From an uncultured Methanosarcinales archaeon (GTDB lineage: Archaea > Nanobdellota > Nanobdellia > Woesearchaeales > CAIVOO01): a stretch of 55,160 bases of DNA. The notes under the pieces are model-generated. The model worked only from the letters and a program-made list of their open reading frames with translations. It made no database searches and was not told the DNA's origin. Location of the stretch: positions 1 through 55,160 of the forward strand of contig CAZAIK010000008.1 of NCBI GenBank assembly GCA_964485195.1, read 5' to 3'. The translations under genes were made by a program, and so were the position numbers. This document shows positions 28,389-37,331 of the stretch, in pieces (within the stretch, counting starts at the first letter, position 1; every line of letters starts with the position of its first letter).

Positions 28389-28506
28389 AACGGCCTTTTT
28401 TTAGGTCCTCCAAACTGCCTGTGAACTGCCTAATCAAATCAAAATCGAGCTCTTCCAGCTTCTTAAGACGCTCATATTCAGCTTTAGGTATTGTTACTGT
28501 TTCCAT
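28372..28506 (-). CDS. Small putative antitoxin
   Basis: METVTIPKAEYERLKK...SLEDLKKGR, 44 aa, convergent with the toxin. Confidence 0.6.
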   Translation of the reverse strand: METVTIPKAEYERLKKLEELDFDLIRQFTGSLEDLKKGRFKRLS

Positions 28507-28541
28507 AAATGCATAATAATGCCCAACTATATAAAATTTAC

Positions 28542-28579
28542 GCCAGGACGGCACTGTTAACGCTGTTCTTGTCGAATGA
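28542..28579 (+). repeat. Duplicated 3' end of rps8e
   Basis: 22 bp identical to 28000-28021, then synonymous variants encoding QDGTVNAVLVE-stop. Confidence 0.9.
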
Positions 28580-28630
28580 TTCTTTTTGAAACAGCAAAAT
28601 ATAAAAACGGCCCTGTAAAAAACATCCTTA

Positions 28631-29776
28631 ATGCCTCACAATAACCTGCTTAACTTTCCCAAGATAGAGGACAGGAAGGAACTCAAAGAGGTTTATCTTT
28701 CAGTCACTATAAGGTCTTTCGCCTTCTCTATTGTTTCTGTGTTCGTCCCGCTTTATCTTTTGGGGCTGGGCTTTTCCTTTAACGAAGTGCTGGTTTTCCT
28801 TATGGTATTCTTCGGGTCGATGATTTTCATAGCGCCTTTCTCCGGCTATTTGAGCACGAAGATAGGGATAAAGCACGTCACCCTGCTGGGGCCCCTGCTG
28901 ACAATAGCATATCTTATACTGCTTTTTTTATTGACTTATTCACAAATACCAATCTATTTTGTGGCTTTTGTTGGATCGTTAGGCTCTTCCCTGTTCTGGA
29001 TACCCATTAATTCGCATTTTGCAAAGCACAGCCATTACGGAAGGAGGGGGAGGGAAACAAGCTATCTGGTGGTGGGAGCCAAGACAGTCTCCGTGGCCGG
29101 CCCGCTCGTGGGAGGGACCCTGATAACATTCTTCGGATTCAACTGGACATTCGCGCTTGCCTGCGTAATACTTGCAGGAGCTATCTTTCCCTTGTTTATG
29201 AGCTATGAATACAAGAGCAAGTTCAAGTACAAGTTCAGGGATATGTTTATGAAAAGGAATATGCCATTGCTTGATGATTTTATCTTCCAGGGAATCCTGG
29301 TTGCAGCAACAGTGGTGTTGTTTCCGATTTACATATTCCTGATAAGCGCAAGCTATGAGATTACAGGAGCAGTGGCGTCATTTGCAGGGATAGGGATAGC
29401 ATTGTCAGCTTTTCTCATAGGAAAATACACAGACAAGGTAGGGAAGATAAAGATGATGAGAATAGGCGGAGCCCTTAACCTGGTTTTGTGGCTGTTCCTT
29501 ATGTTCGCTAAAATACCAATCCTGATATACATTACATCATTTTTCATGGGCTTCTTCTTGTATGCGCTTTCAATACCCCTGCTTGCGTTCTTCTGCGACA
29601 AGCTGGGGGAGCACGAGCACACGGAATTCATGGCATTCAGGGAGATAGGCCTGTCAGCAGGCAGGGTGATTTTCTTCTTCCTTCTCCTTTTCTTCAGCCT
29701 TGAAGCCAAGTTCACGATGGTTTTTGCAATGGCGGCAATAGCGTCGCTTTACTTCATTTTCGCAGATCTGGGATGA
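28631..29776 (+). CDS. MFS transporter
   Basis: About 12 TM segments; motif A-like GYLSTKIGIK and GKYTDKVGK. Confidence 0.88.
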   Translation: MPHNNLLNFPKIEDRKELKEVYLSVTIRSFAFSIVSVFVPLYLLGLGFSFNEVLVFLMVFFGSMIFIAPFSGYLSTKIGIKHVTLLGPLLTIAYLILLFLLTYSQIPIYFVAFVGSLGSSLFWIPINSHFAKHSHYGRRGRETSYLVVGAKTVSVAGPLVGGTLITFFGFNWTFALACVILAGAIFPLFMSYEYKSKFKYKFRDMFMKRNMPLLDDFIFQGILVAATVVLFPIYIFLISASYEITGAVASFAGIGIALSAFLIGKYTDKVGKIKMMRIGGALNLVLWLFLMFAKIPILIYITSFFMGFFLYALSIPLLAFFCDKLGEHEHTEFMAFREIGLSAGRVIFFFLLLFFSLEAKFTMVFAMAAIASLYFIFADLG

Positions 29777-30472
29777 TTACAAGGACCAGGAAATGACAAT
29801 CACCAGCGCATACAGGATTACTCCCATGATAAAATAAACCGGCTTGCCTTTCTCGTCATAAGGGATTACGTCCCTTACTATTATGAAGGTCCACATTCCC
29901 GCAACAATCCCTACGAATGCCGCAAGCACCCCCGCAGGAATTACAAGCATCATGGCCAAAGCAACCCCTGCCAGCGGCGCAACACTCTGAATGAAATTCA
30001 GGGAGAGCAATTCCTTGCTTCTTATTCCCCTTACTCCAACAGAATAAACATTGCTCACGATTGCGTAAAGCATTATTGGCACAAAGAAGAGCAATCCCTG
30101 CCTAAGGCTGATGTTGCTCAGCCCTGAAAGAACAAAGCCGATGACAAAATAATAAAAAACGATCCCGATTCCGTGGGCAATCCTTATGTCTTTTTTTACA
30201 TAAGCCTTGTCAATCTTCTGGTATATGAACTTGTCAACAAGATGAAAAAGCGCGAATCCCAGAAGCACGAAGAAAAGTATGAGCTTGTTGGCGAGCAATG
30301 CTTCAGTGTAAAAGTCAGGCAGCAAAACCAGGAGAAGGTAGGTGAGGGAAATACCTGCAATGAGGGAAATCACGTTCTGCTGGTATTTGGACTGCAAGAA
30401 CCTGAACCTGTTGCTAATGTAATGGGCAAATCCAAGGACCGCGGCGAAAATCAGGGCGTGAGGCATAAGCAT
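29777..30472 (-). CDS. Multi-pass membrane protein (possibly ZIP-like)
   Basis: About 7-8 TM segments; AGISLTYLLLVLLPD. Confidence 0.7.
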   Translation of the reverse strand: MLMPHALIFAAVLGFAHYISNRFRFLQSKYQQNVISLIAGISLTYLLLVLLPDFYTEALLANKLILFFVLLGFALFHLVDKFIYQKIDKAYVKKDIRIAHGIGIVFYYFVIGFVLSGLSNISLRQGLLFFVPIMLYAIVSNVYSVGVRGIRSKELLSLNFIQSVAPLAGVALAMMLVIPAGVLAAFVGIVAGMWTFIIVRDVIPYDEKGKPVYFIMGVILYALVIVISWSL

Positions 30473-30606
30473 CTTAAGTTAATGAGTATTTAAAAAGGTT
30501 ATTATGGGAAAATTCATTTAAAAACCCTAAATAATCGTCCTTGTATGGTGGTGAAAAAAGAAAGGTTTAAATACTGGTTTGTTATTGTCCTGAAGGGTGA
30601 TCTAAA

Positions 30607-31482
30607 ATGAGCGCCAAAAAAGCAGAGATACTATTGTTTGAAGGTGTCAAGGGAAAAGACATTTACAACCCCACTGCGCCCTTTTCAGACAGGGGAAAAA
30701 CCTACATAGCTGCGAGGGTTGAGCCAAGGGAAAACGAGATAGACAGCAGAGTAATGTTCTTTATGGAAAACAAAGGAACCTGGACGCTTGACAGGGAAGT
30801 GCCCTCTTTTGAGTTGCAGGATCCCTTCATTGCAAGAGTGGAAACTGAATTGATATTCGGAGGAGTGAAGATATTCCACGAAAACCAGCAGCTAAATTGG
30901 AAAACCCTGTTTTACAGGGGAAAAACACTGCCTGAACTTAGGCAATTTGCAGAAGGCCCCGTTGGGATGAAGGACATCCGCCTTGTCCAGCTGCCGACAG
31001 GAAAAATAGGAGTGTTTACAAGGCCGCAGGGAGGCGAGTTTGGAAAGGGAAAAATAGGGTATAAAACAATAAATTCTTTGGAAGAGCTAGCGGGGACAGA
31101 CCTTTACTCTGCAGAGATAATTGAAGGACAGTTTGACGACGAGACCTGGGGAGGGGTGAACGAGGCCCACACACTAGACAGAAAAACCCTGGGAGTCCTG
31201 GGACACTTGGCAAAGTCTGAACAGGCAGAGGAAGGAGAGATAAAGCATTATTGCCCAATGGTATTCGCCTTCAATTATGAAACAGGAGAGGCCTCCCCCA
31301 TAAAAGTAATTGCTGAAAGAAAGGACTTCCCGGAAGGAGAAGGGGGAAAAAGGTCCCCTGAACTTGACGACGTGGTATTTAGCGGAGGGCTGAGACCAAA
31401 AGGCGACGAGGCTGAACTTTACTGCGGGCTTTCAGACGTGCAGGCAGGAAAGATAACACTTCCAAACCCATTCAAGGGATAA
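30607..31482 (+). CDS. DUF1861-family beta-propeller glycoside-active protein
   Basis: DIYNPTAPF, LQDPF, GPVGMKDIRLV, FTRPQG, WGGVNE, DVVFSGG. Confidence 0.85.
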   Translation: MSAKKAEILLFEGVKGKDIYNPTAPFSDRGKTYIAARVEPRENEIDSRVMFFMENKGTWTLDREVPSFELQDPFIARVETELIFGGVKIFHENQQLNWKTLFYRGKTLPELRQFAEGPVGMKDIRLVQLPTGKIGVFTRPQGGEFGKGKIGYKTINSLEELAGTDLYSAEIIEGQFDDETWGGVNEAHTLDRKTLGVLGHLAKSEQAEEGEIKHYCPMVFAFNYETGEASPIKVIAERKDFPEGEGGKRSPELDDVVFSGGLRPKGDEAELYCGLSDVQAGKITLPNPFKG

Positions 31483-31897
31483 GAATTTACAGCATTATTA
31501 ACAACTTCATTTTTATTTTCTTCCTGAAACAACCATTCATCCCTAAACCATCCTTGTTAATTCTTTCAATTAGCTTCTGCTTTAACACTGTCCAGGACCA
31601 GTAAAGTCAAATGCCCTGTGTTAGCGCCAGCACTGCATAGCGAAGCCTTCCAATTGCCTTAGGATAGCAAAAAAATAGGAAAACAATGAAAAAGCAAAGA
31701 GAAGAACGGAGCGCAGTGCTGGCAAATTGGCTGTTAGCGCGCTACGTATCCATTGTTATTCGCTTTTTGTCCGTTTTATTTCTTTCCGCTTCTGTAATCG
31801 AGAACTTCGCTTGCGCTAAGTCTCGCACAATTAACTTGACTTTACCCCGCCCAGAACCAAACTTTTATAAGAGCAACACGGACATTTAAGAAGGAAG

Positions 31898-32884
31898 ATG
31901 AAATCACTGGTAAAAGTTTCAAACAGGAACATTCGCGATGTTTTGGACAGGGTGAATACCAGGCCGAAATCAGTCAGGCTATTTGACAATGGATTTATCA
32001 ACCCCATTTACTTCGTAAAGACCACAGATAACAGGGAGTTGGTCTTCAGGGTGACCAATCCCCTCAGGAGCTGGAGAAAGCTCAAAACCTTAAACGAAGT
32101 CACCTGCATCAATTTCCTGAAAGAGAACACAGGCATTCCCGTTCCAAACATTCTTGATTATTCGCTGGATACCAAACTAATAGGATATGAATACATGCTG
32201 TATGAGAAGATTCCAGGAAGACCCCTTTCTGAGATATACAGCAGATCATCCGGCCAGCAAAAGAGAGAGTACCTCAGTCAGGTTGCCGGGATGATTGTCC
32301 AGATGAAAAGGTTCAGGTTTGACAGGATAGGCAGTTTCCAGGAAAACATGAAAATCGGCCCTGACGTGGACACAGGGAAAGGGCCCTTTGATGACGTTAA
32401 CAGTTACTTTAAGGCAGTGCTGAACAAGTACATAAGAGACATGAAATTTGTTCCTGAAACAAGGGATTACGCTCCAAGGTTCAGAAGGTTCAAAACAAAA
32501 GTCTTGTCAGGTTACAATCCCAGGCTGGAATATGTATTCACCCATAACGATTTGAGCTCCAAGAATTTCTTAGTCAAAGACGGGAAAATAACAGGGCTGA
32601 TTGACTTTGAATGGGCCGGCTCCTTCCCTTACACCAATGACATAACCGGTCTGGACTTTGATTTCACCCCAAGAGCAAAAGAGGAGTTTTATGAAATACT
32701 CAAACGCGGAAAAGTCAGGACAAAGGTAAATGCAAGGCTGAGGGAGTTGCACGAGGTTATGGGAATTGCCTGCTGTTTGGCCTATTACAAGAGCTGGTTC
32801 GTGGACAATCCGAAAAAGGCAGGGCGGTTTATGAGGGAACAAAGCAGGAAAGCGGACAGGATTTTTGGGGAGTATGGGATTTAA
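31898..32884 (+). CDS. APH/choline kinase-like phosphotransferase
   Basis: IPVPNIL, HNDLSSKNFLV, IDFEWA. Confidence 0.88.
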   Translation: MKSLVKVSNRNIRDVLDRVNTRPKSVRLFDNGFINPIYFVKTTDNRELVFRVTNPLRSWRKLKTLNEVTCINFLKENTGIPVPNILDYSLDTKLIGYEYMLYEKIPGRPLSEIYSRSSGQQKREYLSQVAGMIVQMKRFRFDRIGSFQENMKIGPDVDTGKGPFDDVNSYFKAVLNKYIRDMKFVPETRDYAPRFRRFKTKVLSGYNPRLEYVFTHNDLSSKNFLVKDGKITGLIDFEWAGSFPYTNDITGLDFDFTPRAKEEFYEILKRGKVRTKVNARLRELHEVMGIACCLAYYKSWFVDNPKKAGRFMREQSRKADRIFGEYGI

Positions 32885-33022
32885 GAAAACATTTGACATC
32901 CTGAACAAAGCTTACGGAAAGCAGGGCTGGTGGCCTTTGTCTAGAGGGGGCTTCGCAGCAGTCATCATAAAGGGCCTCCAAAAATGACAAAGACAGGTTT
33001 GAGATTGTTGTAGGTGCAATTC
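32874..33022 (+). pseudogene. Truncated, frameshifted 5' copy of the endonuclease III-like gene
   Basis: 32902-32943 is 41/42 identical to 34571-34612; reads MGFKKTFDILNKAYGKQGWWPLS and later EIVVGAI in another frame. Confidence 0.85.
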
Positions 33023-33359
33023 CGACACGATCTGTAATGATTTGTTTATTCTGCCCAGTAGCTTAAAATCAAAATGTTTAAATAAGACCAAGAGTTATTA
33101 TTAGGTAAAAATGGGGATGGATTTTCCTTTCTTCGGAGCAAAAAGAGGCCTGCCAGCAGTTTTGGGAGTTATTGGCAGGATTATAGCGACTTACGAAGAC
33201 ATTGACAAAATCCTGCATCATTTTGTAGAACCACAAAGAAAAAAATTATGAAACCTCTCTTTAAGCACGGTTTCTCACCCATTCTTATCGAAGAGCACGT
33301 AGGAAATGATTCCTGAAACCAAAAGATTTATATAACAATAACAATATAATATTATATCT

Positions 33360-33977
33360 TTGGTGTTATATTTGATTTCCCAGACAGAATTAAAGATATT
33401 GAAAAGATTATTTGGAGACCTGACTAAAAGGCAAACAATCAGGGAGATAGCAATTGGCCTGAAGCTTCCATACCCTCAGATTCATAGGTCAGTAAAATCA
33501 TTGGAAAATAAGGGTCTTGTCTCTATTGCCAAGAGCGGTAAAAGCTCCATTATTTATCCTAATCAAGACTTGTTTAGAGAAGAATTTGTCATTGTTGAAG
33601 CAGAAAGAAAAATAGACATATTAGATAAATACTCTATTCTAAAGATAATTAACAAAGACCTTGAAAGAATCATCTATACACAATTCATATGCATTCTGTT
33701 CGGCTCATACGCAGCTGGAACTGCAAAAAAAGAGTCAGACATCGATTTATTGTTTGTCATTCCAGAAGAATATGATTATGGAAAATTCGAGAAAAATATT
33801 AAAAATGCGGTTACAGTGCCAAAAACAGACATCCAGGTTACAACAGAAAAGGGGCTAATAGAGATGTGGAACACACCCTCAAAATTAAATGTGGGGAATG
33901 AACTATTAAAGAATCATATTATTTTAAGGGGGGCAGAAGCCTTTTTGCATTTAAGGCGAAAGTACTATGTTGGATGA
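33360..33977 (+). CDS. HTH plus minimal nucleotidyltransferase (MNT antitoxin-like)
   Basis: N-terminal wHTH; LFGSYAAG...ESDIDLL. Confidence 0.85.
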   Translation: MVLYLISQTELKILKRLFGDLTKRQTIREIAIGLKLPYPQIHRSVKSLENKGLVSIAKSGKSSIIYPNQDLFREEFVIVEAERKIDILDKYSILKIINKDLERIIYTQFICILFGSYAAGTAKKESDIDLLFVIPEEYDYGKFEKNIKNAVTVPKTDIQVTTEKGLIEMWNTPSKLNVGNELLKNHIILRGAEAFLHLRRKYYVG

Positions 33978-34536
33978 CAGGCAAAAGAGAGAAAGTGAAT
34001 CAACAATCAAGCAGTTGATCAAGGCAAATAAAGTTGTAAAACCGCATTCAAAAGCAGAATCATTTTTTCTTGATAAGGCATTCAACGCCCTGCAGATATC
34101 AAAGAGGTTGCTTGAGATTTCAGAAGACAGGGAAGACCCTTTGGAGGGGTACACGTGGGTTATCAACGCATCTTATTACTGCATGTTTTATGCAGCGACC
34201 TCTCTACTGGCTCATTTTGAACATAAAATAAGCACTGAAACAGGCATCCATAAGCTTACCTTTCACGCCTTGGTTTACTATTTCTTGATTGATGACAACA
34301 AACTCCAAAAGCATTTTATTGAGCAGTACAAAGAATCTTATGAAAGCGCCGAGCAATTATTGCAGATTAGTGAGGAGAAAGCGGCAGAAATGATAAAGCA
34401 TTTTCAGTTTGAGCATTCTAAAAGAACAAGATTTACATATGAAATGGGAAAAATCGCTGAAAGAAACAAGGCAAAGACTTCTTTGGAAAGGGCAGAAGGG
34501 TTTCTTGTTGAGGTAAGAAAATTGATTGGAATCTGA
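33967..34536 (+). CDS. HEPN-domain protein
   Basis: SYYCMFYAATSLL, GIHK, KRTRFTY; overlaps the MNT gene. Confidence 0.8.
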   Translation: MLDDRQKRESESTIKQLIKANKVVKPHSKAESFFLDKAFNALQISKRLLEISEDREDPLEGYTWVINASYYCMFYAATSLLAHFEHKISTETGIHKLTFHALVYYFLIDDNKLQKHFIEQYKESYESAEQLLQISEEKAAEMIKHFQFEHSKRTRFTYEMGKIAERNKAKTSLERAEGFLVEVRKLIGI

Positions 34537-34539
34537 AAG

Positions 34540-35238
34540 ATGAAACAACTAACTCAAATCTACGAAACCTTGAACAAAGCTTACGGAAAGCAGGGATGGT
34601 GGCCTTTGTCTAAAGGTAAATTACATTCTAAGCATCATAATGGTGCCCCGAAGAATAATATTGATAGAGTTGAGATTTGTGTTGGAGCTATTTTGACGCA
34701 AAATACCGCTTGGAAAAATGTTGAAAAAGCCCTTTATAACCTGAACAAGGAAAAGCTTTTGCATCCTGAAAAAATAAACAAAATAAATGTAAATAAACTG
34801 GCAAGATTGATTCAGCCGGCTGGCTATTACAACCAGAAGGCTGAGAAGCTGAAAACAATTGCTGATTTTTTTGTCAAAAATCCTGGGATACTTAAAACAA
34901 GAAACATTGAAGAATTGAGGAAAACACTCCTGCAGATAAAAGGCATAGGCCCTGAGACAGCAGATTCAATAATACTCTATGCTGCAGAATTCCCTGTTTT
35001 TGTCATTGACGCTTACACAAAAAGAATTTTCTCAAGATTGGGGCATTGCAACGAGAACATAAAATATGAGGAATTGCAGGAATTGTTCCACAGGAATTTG
35101 CCCAAAAACACGGAAATGTTCAAGAACTATCACGCACTGCTTGTGGCGCACGCCAAGAATAATTGCAGGAAAAAGCCAGTCTGCAAGGGCTGTGTCCTAA
35201 GGAAAAAATGCAAATACCCACTTTTTAGTGACAAATAA
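34540..35238 (+). CDS. Endonuclease III-related HhH-GPD glycosylase with Fe-S motif
   Basis: GAILTQNT, IKGIGPETADSI, CRKKPVCKGCVLRKKC. Confidence 0.9.
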   Translation: MKQLTQIYETLNKAYGKQGWWPLSKGKLHSKHHNGAPKNNIDRVEICVGAILTQNTAWKNVEKALYNLNKEKLLHPEKINKINVNKLARLIQPAGYYNQKAEKLKTIADFFVKNPGILKTRNIEELRKTLLQIKGIGPETADSIILYAAEFPVFVIDAYTKRIFSRLGHCNENIKYEELQELFHRNLPKNTEMFKNYHALLVAHAKNNCRKKPVCKGCVLRKKCKYPLFSDK

Positions 35239-35275
35239 TGGAAAGTTTTTTAAACAGTTGCCATATTCTCAGGGT

Positions 35276-36046
35276 ATGAATGCAGAAACCAATACTGAAG
35301 AGATTTCAAGGGAAACATTAGAGGCAATACTCAACGACAATTTTGAACATATTGTGGCCCCTGCAGACTGCAGGTTCCTGAGAAGTATGATTGACAAGCT
35401 TGAAAAGAGGGCATTGTGCGGGCCCCTGAGAGAGGCAGAAGCTGCAGTTGTGAAGAGGATTGCGGACCACGCAGAATATCACAGGGAAAGCGGCGAAGTA
35501 AGGTACAGGCTAAACAATGCCTATGTTACGGGGGAAGATATGCTCAGGGTTATCTCAGGAACATTAAGCGCAGCTAAAGAGCTGAAATTCCTGAGCGACA
35601 GCCAAATGGCAAAACTCAGTTCCATCGGCCTCTGGCTGAAGGAGGACAGGGGATATCTCTCAGCCAAACAGGTAGGTGTTGTTGAAATTTATTCCCAACT
35701 GCATCGCAACAGGCAGGAAGAGCTGGGAAAGGGCACGAAATTCCTAATCAGCAATTCCGGCGAGAGGGGCAGGTGCAAGGATTTTGCAATGAGAATAATT
35801 AATTACTCTCTCACCGGGAAAAAAACACTCATACTTCCCAGTGAAGGAAAAATGACAGCATTCTGGCGAAAGTATTCTGACGGCAATTCTGTGGACCTCA
35901 CCCCACTCAGAAAAGAGACAGAATCCTTCAACTGCAAAGGGCATTACCTTGATGCCATAAGCCTGCTGGAAAAATATCTCAACAAGGTCAGTCCTGACAC
36001 GCACAGGATAGGCTTTGGAAAGGCAGTTCCAAAAGGGCCTGAATAA
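35276..36046 (+). CDS. Hypothetical protein
   Basis: About 256-aa ORF from MNAET. Confidence 0.6.
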   Translation: MNAETNTEEISRETLEAILNDNFEHIVAPADCRFLRSMIDKLEKRALCGPLREAEAAVVKRIADHAEYHRESGEVRYRLNNAYVTGEDMLRVISGTLSAAKELKFLSDSQMAKLSSIGLWLKEDRGYLSAKQVGVVEIYSQLHRNRQEELGKGTKFLISNSGERGRCKDFAMRIINYSLTGKKTLILPSEGKMTAFWRKYSDGNSVDLTPLRKETESFNCKGHYLDAISLLEKYLNKVSPDTHRIGFGKAVPKGPE

Positions 36047-36101
36047 ACCCAGATTCTTGTTATGCAGAAGCTTTAAAAACAGAGGCAGCAAAACTCAATA
36101 A

Positions 36102-36806
36102 ATGGAAGGCAAAACACCCAAGCACATTGGAATAATTTTGGACGGGAACAGGAGGTTCGCCCGCAAAATCCTCAATCATCCGTTTAAGGGGCACGACAAG
36201 GGAGCCCAAAAGATTGAAATGCTCATAGACTGGGCAAAGGAACTCAATGTCAAAGAACTTACTTTGTACGTCTTCTCCCTGCAGAACTTCAAGAGACCAA
36301 AGGAAGAAGTTGATTATTTGTTTAACCTGTTTGTCAGGAAATTCAACGAGCTCTCAGAAAAAGAAGCAAAACTGAGGGAGAAGGGAATAAGGATAAACTT
36401 CGTGGGCAGGCTTTTCATGTTCCCGAAAAATGTCCAGCAAAGCGCAAAAAAACTGATGGAAAAAACAGGAAATAACAACGAATTAATTGTCAACTTTGCA
36501 ATGGGATATGGCGGAAGGGAGGAGATAATAGATGCAGCAAAGAGGATAGCTGAGAAAGTGAAGGAAAACAAGCTGAAAATTGACGATATTGACGAGGAGA
36601 CCTTTGAAGAGCACCTGTACAATGCCTCCGCGCCGGACATTATCATACGAACCAGCGGGGAAAATAGGATTTCCAATTTCCTGAGCTACCAGAGCGCATA
36701 TTCTGAATTCTTCTTCATAAACAAGCTGTGGCCTGAGTTTGAAAAGGAAGACTTTGTTGAAGTAATAAACAATTTCAGGACAAGGGAGAGAAGGTTTGGG
36801 AGATGA
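36102..36806 (+). CDS. uppS: cis-prenyltransferase (undecaprenyl diphosphate synthase family)
   Basis: HIGIILDGNRR, FSLQNFKRP, RTSGENRISNFL, RRFG. Confidence 0.95.
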   Translation: MEGKTPKHIGIILDGNRRFARKILNHPFKGHDKGAQKIEMLIDWAKELNVKELTLYVFSLQNFKRPKEEVDYLFNLFVRKFNELSEKEAKLREKGIRINFVGRLFMFPKNVQQSAKKLMEKTGNNNELIVNFAMGYGGREEIIDAAKRIAEKVKENKLKIDDIDEETFEEHLYNASAPDIIIRTSGENRISNFLSYQSAYSEFFFINKLWPEFEKEDFVEVINNFRTRERRFGR

Positions 36807-37267
36807 CAAAAATCAGGAAGGCTGAGAAAGGCGATGTTCCGGATATTGACAAAATATATGTTGAATGCTCCATTGACGAGTTAAAGCTGCAATTCCCCAA
36901 AAATTGGAAGAGGCACCTGAAGGATTTTGAAAGGCTTGAAAAGAGCAGGAAAAGTGGATTCAGGAGGAACATTCAAAACAAGAACCACCTTTACATAGTT
37001 GTTGAGGACAAAAGCAGGATTGTAGGATTTGGAGCTGCGCACATAAAAAACAGGAAGGGATTCCTGGATTTCCTGTATGTTAAAAAAGAATACAGAAAGC
37101 AGGGTGTTGGAATCAAAATAGCCAAACGATTGCTCTCCTGGCTGAAATCCAGGAAAATCAGGGAGGTAACCTCTCATACGTATGTCAGGAACATTCCCTC
37201 TGTCAAACTGCACGAAAGGATGGGTTTTGACAAAATCTCTTATGGCCTGGTCAAGAAGCTCAGATAG
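36803..37267 (+). CDS. GNAT acetyltransferase
   Basis: LYVKKEYRKQGVG, NIPSVKLHERMGF. Confidence 0.88.
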   Translation: MTKIRKAEKGDVPDIDKIYVECSIDELKLQFPKNWKRHLKDFERLEKSRKSGFRRNIQNKNHLYIVVEDKSRIVGFGAAHIKNRKGFLDFLYVKKEYRKQGVGIKIAKRLLSWLKSRKIREVTSHTYVRNIPSVKLHERMGFDKISYGLVKKLR

Positions 37268-37331
37268 ACTCTCTTTGATATAACCCGAGCCAAAACCATA
37301 TTTTTAAATATCTTTCTGGCAAAGCACTGCT

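Noticed and set aside
33111..33310. Short ORFs before the MNT gene
   Set aside because: Under 50 aa with no motif; probably debris of the insertion.
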